NCBI GenBank assembly: GCA_041661045.1
Contig: JBAZVE010000001.1
Location: 90,001-122,000, forward strand
Source of the DNA: Candidatus Saccharimonadota bacterium
Lineage (GTDB): Bacteria; Patescibacteriota; Gracilibacteria; UBA1369; 2-02-FULL-48-14
Direction of reading: 5' to 3'
Length of the DNA stretch: 32,000 nt
Under the pieces are notes generated by a model, which was given only the letters and a program-made list of their open reading frames with translations, had not been told where the DNA came from and did not search any database. The position numbers were made by a program, and so were the translations under genes. Shown here one piece after another: positions 7,883 to 15,153 of this stretch (position 1 is its first letter; every line of letters begins with the position of its first letter).

Positions 7883-9007
7883 ATGGAGCCTCTTGCAGCC
7901 AAAATACGGCCCAAACAACTGGATGAGTTTTATGGGCAAACCCACCTGGTTGGACCCGGGAAACCTCTCCGCGTGGCGATGGAACAAAAACATCGGTTTT
8001 CCTTTGTTTTGTGGGGGCCGCCCGGTGTTGGAAAAACCACTTTGGCCCGAATGTACGCACAAAGCTTGGAGGCGCAGCTTTTTGAACTCTCCGCGGTTTC
8101 TGCCGGGAAAGCCGACATCAAAGCCATTATGGAGCTGGATTTTTTTGGCCAAGCCCGCGTTTTGTTTTTGGATGAAATCCATCGTTTCAATAAGGCTCAA
8201 CAGGATTTTCTTCTTCCGTTTGTGGAGAGTGGTGAACTCACTTTGATTGGTGCCACCACCGAGAATCCGAGTTTTGAAGTGATTCCGGCGCTGCTCTCAC
8301 GGTGTCGTGTTTTTGTTTTGAATCCATTGGGGAAAGAAGAGATGCAGGAGATTTTGAGTCGCACGGAAATTCCAATGGACGAGGAAGCACGGGATTGGCT
8401 GATTCAAATGGCGGATGGGGATGCGCGCCAAGCTCTCACGGTTTTGGAAAACACGCAGCAGCTCTTTAAAACGGTGACGGTGGAAAGCCTGAAAAATACG
8501 CTCCAATCTAAGTTTTTGCGTTACGACAAAAAGGGCGAGGAGCACTACAATATCATCAGTGCTTTTATTAAAAGTATGCGGGCGAGCCAGCCCGATGCCG
8601 CTTTGTATTATTTGGCCCGAATGATCGAATCCGGAGAGGACCCCAAGTTTATTGCGCGACGCATGGTGATTTTTGCGAGTGAAGACATTGGACTCGCCAT
8701 GCCCACCGCGCTGGTGGTGGCCAACGAGGTCTTTCGCGCAGTGGAAACCATTGGTCTTCCCGAATGCGCGCTCAATTTGGCTCACGGAGTCGCCTACCTT
8801 TCGCAGTGTAAAAAAGACCGGAGCGTGAATGATGCGCTCAAGGCCGCCATGGCCGATGCCGAGCAATACGGCAATTTGCCTGTACCCCTCATGCTCCGCA
8901 ACGCACCGACCAAACTCATGAAAGAGCTGGATTATGGCAAAGGTTATGAGAAATACTCCAAAGCAGATTTCCTTCCGGAAAAACTGAAGGGGAGGAAATA
9001 TCTTTAA
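7883..9007 (+). CDS. rarA: replication-associated recombination protein A (AAA+ ATPase RarA/MgsA)
   Basis: [22 protein letters not shown], Walker [23 protein letters not shown], and the C-terminal MgsA-type block [28 protein letters not shown]. Confidence 0.9.
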   Translation: MEPLAAKIRPKQLDEFYGQTHLVGPGKPLRVAMEQKHRFSFVLWGPPGVGKTTLARMYAQSLEAQLFELSAVSAGKADIKAIMELDFFGQARVLFLDEIHRFNKAQQDFLLPFVESGELTLIGATTENPSFEVIPALLSRCRVFVLNPLGKEEMQEILSRTEIPMDEEARDWLIQMADGDARQALTVLENTQQLFKTVTVESLKNTLQSKFLRYDKKGEEHYNIISAFIKSMRASQPDAALYYLARMIESGEDPKFIARRMVIFASEDIGLAMPTALVVANEVFRAVETIGLPECALNLAHGVAYLSQCKKDRSVNDALKAAMADAEQYGNLPVPLMLRNAPTKLMKELDYGKGYEKYSKADFLPEKLKGRKYL

Positions 9008-9016
9008 GTCGGATTT

Positions 9017-9856
9017 ATGGAATTGAATGAACGACCACTACTGCTTCTGGATGGGGACAATACCCTGTGGAAGTGGATGGAGTATGCGGTGCCCGCGTAT
9101 GAGGCGATGTGTGCTGTGATTGCGCAAATGGCCGGAAAGACGAAGATCGAAACGGCGGCGGCCATGAAGAGAGTTTACAGTCGAAAAAGGACCATTGAGA
9201 ATGTGCTGCTCATTCAAGGACTCAAGGAAGATGGCTTTTTTAATGGCGTAAGGAATTTTGATGAAAATGAAGCCATCCGTATCGCTATGCGAACATTTAG
9301 TCGTGTGCGCAGTCAGCATTTGCAGCTGTATCCCGGAGTGAAGGAAGTGATGGAAACGGCGCACAAAAAAGGGTGGCGGCAAATCATGCTCACCGACGCG
9401 CCTGGGCACCAAGCTCGCCGCCGGCTGGAGCGCACGGGCGTAGACCATTTGGTGGAATGTATTTTTGCCATGCCCACCGGTTCCGACTTACCCCCGTCCA
9501 AGGCTCGTTATCGTGGACTTCGGGAATCACCGATTCCTGTCTTTGAGGTCGAGCACGAAAAACCTTACACCGATTTGGAGGGGATTTTGAAGATGACGCG
9601 AGATCAAATCCGTGCACTTGTTTATATGTGGGGAGATAACGACAAAAAAGATATGGAATTGGCACGAAGATGGGGCATGCGTGGCCTTTTTGCCGTGTAC
9701 GGAGGTTCTGATCCTGATCTGAGCGCCCGCCTCCAACCCTTTGCACCCGAGAGCGTGCTTCGACGAAACAGCAGTCTCCTTGAGGCTGAATCGAGGAGCA
9801 GTCATGGTCTCATCACCCCCATCCATCATCCTTTTGAGGTTTTGAGCGTGCTGTAG
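9017..9856 (+). CDS. HAD-superfamily hydrolase
   Basis: Motif I LLLDGDNTLW (DxDxT) and a late acidic motif WGDNDKKDMELA. Confidence 0.65.
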   Translation: MELNERPLLLLDGDNTLWKWMEYAVPAYEAMCAVIAQMAGKTKIETAAAMKRVYSRKRTIENVLLIQGLKEDGFFNGVRNFDENEAIRIAMRTFSRVRSQHLQLYPGVKEVMETAHKKGWRQIMLTDAPGHQARRRLERTGVDHLVECIFAMPTGSDLPPSKARYRGLRESPIPVFEVEHEKPYTDLEGILKMTRDQIRALVYMWGDNDKKDMELARRWGMRGLFAVYGGSDPDLSARLQPFAPESVLRRNSSLLEAESRSSHGLITPIHHPFEVLSVL

Positions 9857-9878
9857 ATTGTCTGAAGAGACTTGCTGA

Positions 9879-11324
9879 TCAGCGCCCATATATCACATAG
9901 ACGGCTCCTGCATCAACGCTGGTACTGTTGTTTCCGGAGGCACCCACAAGGATGTCCGCCAGTCCATCTCCATTTAAATCTCCCGTGGCAACCTGGTTCG
10001 CCGCATAATCGTTTTCAGCCTCTCCAAGCAATTTTATAGCAGAAGGTGAAGAAAGCCGGAAGGAGCTGAATCTCTCCTCTTGACCTCTTACGATGTAAAC
10101 TGCTCCGGCATCATTAGCGGCTTCATCCTGACCCACAGCTCCTATGATGATTTCACTCCACCCGTCTCCATCCTGGTCTGCCACGGCAATCGTTTTCCCA
10201 GCGTAATCACCCATATCTTCTCCTGTGAATTTTACGACACTGGTGTCGCTCAACACCATGGAACTTAATGTGGTAGAACTTCCATAAATCAAATATACGG
10301 CCCCTGCATCTACGCCTGCATCATCATTATAACTAGGTATTAAAATTTCTCCGAAACCGTCTCTATTGATGTCCCCGACCTTTAATTGTTCACACAAACA
10401 ATCTCCCATGGCTTCTCCCGTAAGTTGAACCATACTTGCGTCACTCAGGAAATTTTCACCGCTGAGGTCGCTTGATCCATAAATCAAATACACTGCTCCA
10501 GCTGCATCTCCCCCGTCATCATTACCTGATGCTGAAGTTAAGATATCTTCAAGACCATCTCCATTGATGTCTCCAATGGCTATGGAACTCCCTGCATGAT
10601 CAAAAGGATTTTCTCCCACCCAAGTTGCCGTACTGGCGTCCAATAAACTCATCGATGTGAGCTCTGAGTCTTGGCCTTTTATAAGGTAAATTTTGCCGTC
10701 GTAGTTGTCGACATCCGAATAACCGTATCCTTTCGCGCTCACCACAATGTCATCATAACCATCTCCATCTGTATCCCCAACACTCACGGCAGATCCAGCT
10801 GCATCCGATGCTCCTTCACCGGTAAACTTTGGCAAGGTTCCATCCAGAAAATCTAAAGATCCTGTCCGGCCCGCGTGTCCATAAATAATATAAATCGCTC
10901 CCGCGTTCCCTCCGGCGTCATCATCTCCTTGATCTGCCACGACTACATCTTCAAAACCATCTGCGTTCAAATCACCCACCGCAAGCGCGCCGCCCAGGTA
11001 ACCTGAGGACCTCAAACTCGTGTCTCCTGTCCATACTGCAATGCTACTCCCAGAAAGGATGGTGTCACCTCGATATCGTCCTGCCTTTCCCCGTGCTATA
11101 TAAATAGTGTTTTTGCTGGGGGCGGCAAGGATGGATTCGTCGTAACCATCGCCGTTCAAATCACCCGTAGCTATGTCTGTTCCTACTGATGCATCATAAC
11201 TTGGCCCCTGAAATTGGGCGAATGACTCAAGGGAAAGTGTCGCGGCTTGCGTCAAGGGAATGATAAGGAGGCCTGTCAAAATTAGAAGAACGGGAACTCT
11301 AAGAGCTTTTTGTGTAGAGATCAT
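9879..11324 (-). CDS. secreted FG-GAP repeat protein (predicted seven-bladed beta-propeller)
   Basis: N-terminal signal-like segment VPVLLILTGLLIIPLTQAA. Seven GD(L/I/T)NxDGxxD(I/V)(L/V)V calcium-loop repeats are spaced about 60 aa apart, each followed by AGAVY(L/I)IYG-like strands. Confidence 0.85.
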   Translation of the reverse strand: MISTQKALRVPVLLILTGLLIIPLTQAATLSLESFAQFQGPSYDASVGTDIATGDLNGDGYDESILAAPSKNTIYIARGKAGRYRGDTILSGSSIAVWTGDTSLRSSGYLGGALAVGDLNADGFEDVVVADQGDDDAGGNAGAIYIIYGHAGRTGSLDFLDGTLPKFTGEGASDAAGSAVSVGDTDGDGYDDIVVSAKGYGYSDVDNYDGKIYLIKGQDSELTSMSLLDASTATWVGENPFDHAGSSIAIGDINGDGLEDILTSASGNDDGGDAAGAVYLIYGSSDLSGENFLSDASMVQLTGEAMGDCLCEQLKVGDINRDGFGEILIPSYNDDAGVDAGAVYLIYGSSTTLSSMVLSDTSVVKFTGEDMGDYAGKTIAVADQDGDGWSEIIIGAVGQDEAANDAGAVYIVRGQEERFSSFRLSSPSAIKLLGEAENDYAANQVATGDLNGDGLADILVGASGNNSTSVDAGAVYVIYGR

Positions 11325-11375
11325 AGTGATGAATAAAGATTTTTACACAAACATTTGACCTCAAATGCTTTATGG

Positions 11376-11428
11376 TTGTCAATTGATCTGACGAAGATGG
11401 AGCAGCAAACTGGAAGAAATTCGGACTT
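11376..11428 (-). repeat. degenerate copy 1 of the tRNA-Gly 3' end plus flank (att-like)
   Basis: The minus strand reads AAGTCCGAATTTCTTCCAGTTTGCTGCTCCA followed by TCTTCGTCAGATCAATTGACAA. CCAGTTTGCTGCTCCA matches the tRNA's CCCGTTACCTGCTCCA at 13 of 16 positions without gaps. The post-CCA TTCGTC is shared with the tRNA flank ACATTCGTCGTG. Confidence 0.6.
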
Positions 11429-11431
11429 GGT

Positions 11432-11827
11432 TTAATCTTTAGAAGGTCTCGGTAGGCTCGTGAGATATACTCTGATTTTTTGCTCATCGCCTGCTGCACC
11501 TCCATTTTCCTCGACCCTTTCATAAGTTGCAAAATGACCCCCGTCAGGCTCTGCTAAGGCCCCTCTATTTGCAAAACCAATAGTAAATCCCCCGATTTTC
11601 ACACCTTTAGGGATTCTTGGCCCCTTCCAAGACAATTCATATACTGTCGTAACCAATTGCGCGACTCTCTCTCTAATACGCTGTAGCGCTGCTTCTTGAT
11701 GAGAAAGGGGGGCAGTAGCATCCTTGTAACCTGGTTTCCCCGTAAGATCAACTGGCGTTACGGGTCTATTTGTCGCCCCAGAGGAAATCTTTCTTAAGAG
11801 AACATCGCGTACTTCATCAGAAGGCAT
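11432..11827 (-). CDS. hypothetical protein, 131 aa
   Basis: ORF lying between the two tRNA-Gly-like repeat copies. No motif recognised. Confidence 0.5.
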   Translation of the reverse strand: MPSDEVRDVLLRKISSGATNRPVTPVDLTGKPGYKDATAPLSHQEAALQRIRERVAQLVTTVYELSWKGPRIPKGVKIGGFTIGFANRGALAEPDGGHFATYERVEENGGAAGDEQKIRVYLTSLPRPSKD

Positions 11828-11872
11828 ACCAAAACAATTAGGTTAGGTATAACTAAGCATAAACTCTATATT

Positions 11873-11915
11873 TTGTCAATGGAGCAGCAAGTAAGACCAA
11901 AATTTTCGGGCCCGT
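11873..11915 (-). repeat. degenerate copy 2 of the tRNA-Gly 3' end (att-like)
   Basis: The minus strand reads ACGGGCCCGAAAATTTTGGTCTTACTTGCTGCTCCA followed by TTGACAA. It shares the ACGGG, CGA, TTAC and CTGCTCCA blocks with the tRNA T-arm and acceptor end, and TGGAGCAGCAA (plus strand, 11 nt exact) with copy 1. Confidence 0.55.
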
Positions 11916-11931
11916 TACTTCTTGAGAGATC

Positions 11932-13041
11932 TCATGAATGTAAAGAGCTTGAAAAGCTTTTTGAATCAACTGAATAAGGCCAAAATTCTTCTCGATCCGT
12001 TACTTCTTTAGAAACCTCCCGTAAGAGTGCGAGTAAGGCAACTACGAGTCTCGCACTTGATTTATCGTCTTCATGATCACTTCTTGCGCCTCGTAAGCAG
12101 TTTATAGCTATACTTGCTCTACGACCAACATAGCCAAATTGGCGATCAGTACCGTAACAGAGTTCGTACATTCTTTGTATGAACTGCCTTTTTTCATTGT
12201 CTCCTGTATCTTCCTTAGCTATTAAATCCCACAATTCTATAAGTAAAGTCCTGCCAAGGTTCAGTGCAAACAGATGTTCCCCCTGAGAATCTCCGTGTGT
12301 TTTTTTCAAATCTGCCAAATTCATCATCGGCATCGCCGCATATTGTACAAAAGGTGGATATGCGTCCACAACTTTTTTTGGTGCGCCACTCTCTTTCGTG
12401 GTTTCTCCAAATGACAGTAATTTTTGCTTCAACTCTACAAAAAAGCTTGCATCTTCTGAATGTTGTGCCAAATAGCTTTCTTTCCCTTTTTCTAGCATTA
12501 GATCAAATAGTGCTTTGGAAGAAGTCCCTTCAGAAGAAAATTCCTCAAGCATTTCATCAAAACTTAATCTTAAAAAGTCTTCCATTCGTGGAAATTTTTG
12601 CTTAATCTTAAAAAGAACATCTTCAGGATCCAAATCCCTTGTGTCTATAGACCATCCATCATTTGGCCCCGAAAGCCCTACCTTCCCATCCAAAATGTCC
12701 TGGATGCCACTTGCATGTCTTGCTAGTTGCCTTCCCATGTCAGCAAGCACAACTTGTTCAGGAGATCTATAAGTGATTTTTTCGATACTGTCGGCCTCTA
12801 TCCCTGGGTATAAAATCCTTAAAGCTGTGGGTAGATCGATACCTGAATCCCTGCTTGCAGTTTGTAATGCAATTGAGTAGGTTGTTTTTCGCCCATTGAA
12901 TGCGCGTGATACAAAGGCATCAGCTGTTTGTGGGAATTGTTGACGAAAGGATTGAAGAGATTCTTGAGATGGTAATTCGAGCACAAGTATACCGTCTTCT
13001 CTTGTCTCACAAATTGGTGTAGTAGCTCCAAGGCCTTTCAT
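11932..13041 (-). CDS. hypothetical protein, about 369 aa, no recognisable domain
   Basis: Long ORF. The start is placed at ATG 13041 (MKGLGATT), because the upstream 90 nt of the ORF-track model contains a consensus promoter whose predicted TSS falls on this ATG. Confidence 0.6.
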   Translation of the reverse strand: MKGLGATTPICETREDGILVLELPSQESLQSFRQQFPQTADAFVSRAFNGRKTTYSIALQTASRDSGIDLPTALRILYPGIEADSIEKITYRSPEQVVLADMGRQLARHASGIQDILDGKVGLSGPNDGWSIDTRDLDPEDVLFKIKQKFPRMEDFLRLSFDEMLEEFSSEGTSSKALFDLMLEKGKESYLAQHSEDASFFVELKQKLLSFGETTKESGAPKKVVDAYPPFVQYAAMPMMNLADLKKTHGDSQGEHLFALNLGRTLLIELWDLIAKEDTGDNEKRQFIQRMYELCYGTDRQFGYVGRRASIAINCLRGARSDHEDDKSSARLVVALLALLREVSKEVTDREEFWPYSVDSKSFSSSLHS

Positions 13042-13047
13042 GTATTT

Positions 13048-13112
13048 ATGATAGCACATATATTTTCTATATGTCAAAGCGATTTGACATATATGCAATA
13101 AGCTGTTATAAT
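13048..13112. promoter_or_regulatory. back-to-back divergent consensus promoters whose -35 boxes form a perfect palindrome
   Basis: Palindrome TATATGTCAAA-gcga-TTTGACATATA at 13068-13093. Plus strand: TTGACA (13084-13089), 17 nt, TGtTATAAT (13104-13112). Minus strand: TTGACA (13077-13072), 18 nt, TGcTATCAT (13056-13048). Confidence 0.65.
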
Positions 13113-13134
13113 TATGTACATTTAATCTCATAGT

Positions 13135-13785
13135 ATGGAAGGTATACTCGATATCTGTTCAAGGCTTGCAGGAGCACCTATTGTTTACCGTGAAGGTACC
13201 AGAGAGTTGATGCGTATGTATATCGCCAAAGGAGGTACAGCTTCTGCTTATAATGTCATCCTACAGGGCCATACCTTTGGCGTACAGAAGGATGGCCGTA
13301 TTACAGGAGACCGTTCTGGCCACATTGAGCGCTTACTTCGAGTTGTTTCTTCAGAAACACCTGACCAAGCTACTGCTTTAGATATTCTTCAGGAGATTCT
13401 CTCTCTTATGAGGAGTGCACGAGAGGCAGTTGGTAGGGTCGTTCCTGTATCTGAAAAACCAGCAGATCCTGTTAGATTTCTAGGTCAATTCCCAAGATTT
13501 AAACCTGAAATTGGAAATCGTTTGAATGAGATGCTTGAGGCAAACCCAAGAGTTAAAATGGTTCCTCGGCACGATCTCTCTCCTGACGGTCGACTCCAAC
13601 GCTTACTCCAAGATCATCGTCTTCTTCTTTTACATGATGCGGGGACTCAAGTTATAGCTCAAGAAGTTGCTGATGCAGAGACATTTCTACAAGTCGCTGG
13701 TGGCGTTGGGTATTATCTTGCCGTGCCAAAAGATGTTGATGGGCTTTTTGATGATTTCTACGCAGTTGCGACGGGAAATGCGTGA
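13135..13785 (+). CDS. hypothetical protein, 216 aa
   Basis: ORF starting 23 nt after the consensus TATAAT box. No motif recognised. Confidence 0.6.
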   Translation: MEGILDICSRLAGAPIVYREGTRELMRMYIAKGGTASAYNVILQGHTFGVQKDGRITGDRSGHIERLLRVVSSETPDQATALDILQEILSLMRSAREAVGRVVPVSEKPADPVRFLGQFPRFKPEIGNRLNEMLEANPRVKMVPRHDLSPDGRLQRLLQDHRLLLLHDAGTQVIAQEVADAETFLQVAGGVGYYLAVPKDVDGLFDDFYAVATGNA

Positions 13786-14023
13786 GAGTACCGTACGGAA
13801 TGTCATCACTGCTGAATATGTAAAAGGTACCTACTCCGAAGCCTTTTCTTTCTCCACGAAAAGTCAGCATTAAATCCAGCGTTCTGGAAATAGCGAGGGC
13901 CTCTTCTACCAACTCTCTTTCTGAGGCGTACATGGATTCATTCACATGAAGCTCAATCCCTTCTGCAGAACCCACGCCATAAGTGATCCAGTGCTTTGAA
14001 GCTTCTATGTGAGCAGGATCCAT
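13652..14023 (-). CDS. possible small hypothetical protein, perhaps a 3'-degraded gene
   Basis: An ATG at 14023 (MDPAHIEASKHW...) lies just downstream of the tRNA-Gly 3' end. The last ~45 codons overlap the 13135..13785 ORF and look compositionally non-coding (Q/H/R/L-rich). The ORF-track N-terminus runs through the tRNA and is spurious. Confidence 0.3.
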   Translation of the reverse strand: MDPAHIEASKHWITYGVGSAEGIELHVNESMYASERELVEEALAISRTLDLMLTFRGERKGFGVGTFYIFSSDDIPYGTLTHFPSQLRRNHQKAHQHLLARQDNTQRHQRLVEMSLHQQLLEL

Positions 14024-14094
14024 TGGTTCAAATCCATAAAAACGCCCTTCTCGGATGGTACTCGCTTCACCCTCTGTGATTTCACGACGAATGT

Positions 14095-14169
14095 TGGAGC
14101 AGGTAACGGGAATCGAACCCGTATTTCCGCCTTGGCAAGGCGGCATAATAACCATTATATGATACCTGC
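14095..14169 (-). tRNA. tRNA-Gly (anticodon GCC), CCA encoded
   Basis: The reverse complement reads GCAGGTATCATATAATGGTTATTATGCCGCCTTGCCAAGGCGGAAATACGGGTTCGATTCCCGTTACCTGCTCCA. The acceptor stem is GCAGGTA/TACCTGC. The anticodon stem is CCGCC/GGCGG with loop TTGCCAA. The T-arm is ACGGG-TTCGATT-CCCGT, and the discriminator is U. Confidence 0.92.
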
Positions 14170-14361
14170 GGCAGAGGGGATTTTAGCCAAAAATGCATCC
14201 TGTAGCAAGCTGCAAAAAAACTGGTTTCTTTCGCTCTCCAAGTTAGGTTTGCATAAACAACGGCTGATGAGCTACTTTTAAAGTATAAACGGCTTGCTTA
14301 AGCCACAAATTGAATGGAAATCTGTGCCCGGGCACATGTATTTTTGCGAAGCTCCAAATCA

Positions 14362-14389
14362 TTGACGCTTTGCGCTTTTGTGCTAGAAT
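14362..14389 (+). promoter_or_regulatory. candidate sigma70 promoter giving a leaderless or near-leaderless mRNA
   Basis: TTGACG (14362-14367), 16 nt, TGcTAGAAT (14381-14389). The ATG at 14398 is only 9 nt after the -10 box. Confidence 0.5.
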
Positions 14390-14397
14390 CTCCCTCT

Positions 14398-15153
14398 ATG
14401 CCAACTCCTGCGGAAACCGATCAGAAGGAAGAGATTGCCATTCTCATCGCAGATGAGATTGAGCATACCAGTACATTTCCCCTTTTTTCCAATACCAGGG
14501 GTAAGTTGGGTGTTTTGTCGCCTGGCTTGATGGATGAAAGCATCCGTGTCCGAGATTTTTTTAGCCTTATAGGCCTCGGCATAGAAAGGCTTGTAGAAAA
14601 GTGGGGGTCGGAAGCTCCTCAGTGGAGTTATGAACGCCTTGGGAATTATGTGGAGGAAAAGGACGCCAATGTGAATGTGGTTTTGCGGACCTACGGAGGA
14701 AAAGAATTTCGGGTCTGGAGCCTGATGCATCTCTTGGATAAATGGAACGCCGAAGGACGGGTGACACGAGGTTTTGTACCAGAGTATGCGGCCAGTGCAG
14801 GTGCTACTGTTTTCGCCCACACGGGAGAAAGACATATGGGATATACGGCACATTCATTTCATCATTTAGCCAGCAATGAGAAAACGGGAGAAATTTATGA
14901 TGGACCTAATCATATCAAACACTACCTTAAGCAGATTAGTATGCTTCTGCGCAGAGAAGTTCGCTTGGAGGAGCTTAAGACCGATGGGCCTGATAAAGCT
15001 GTCTATTTTGGGGGGTGGCGACTGCAAACGGATGGCGTAGCGAAGGCTTATGTGGGACCGGATAAGCTTTTGGATCACTTCCGTCAAACAACAGGAATCA
15101 ACCCCGAGGATTACCCGGAGTTGAAAGCTGTGTTTGAATTGAAGGCAGTTTAG
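14398..15153 (+). CDS. divergent ClpP/S14-like serine peptidase-fold protein (tentative)
   Basis: NVNVVLRTYGGKEF...YAASAGATVFAHTGERHMGYTAHSFHHLAS parallels ClpP's YINSPGG...GQAASMGAFLL.AG..GKR...P.S..MIHQP in order and spacing. The start is set at ATG 14398 because a promoter lies inside the ORF-track extension from 14314. Confidence 0.45.
   Translation: MPTPAETDQKEEIAILIADEIEHTSTFPLFSNTRGKLGVLSPGLMDESIRVRDFFSLIGLGIERLVEKWGSEAPQWSYERLGNYVEEKDANVNVVLRTYGGKEFRVWSLMHLLDKWNAEGRVTRGFVPEYAASAGATVFAHTGERHMGYTAHSFHHLASNEKTGEIYDGPNHIKHYLKQISMLLRREVRLEELKTDGPDKAVYFGGWRLQTDGVAKAYVGPDKLLDHFRQTTGINPEDYPELKAVFELKAV

Larger units (their letters stand above)
11376..14094 (-). mobile_element. putative degraded integrative island at the tRNA-Gly 3' end, with no integrase recognised
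   Basis: An intact tRNA-Gly is followed by two degenerate direct copies of its 3' end. The enclosed ORFs are all orphans and look more AT-rich than the flanking housekeeping genes by eye. Confidence 0.4.

Noticed and set aside
7835-8200. N-terminal extension of the YbaK-like ORF to 288 aa
   Set aside because: The extension runs antisense through the rarA Walker A region. The YbaK/ProX homology begins at the internal ATG at 7834.
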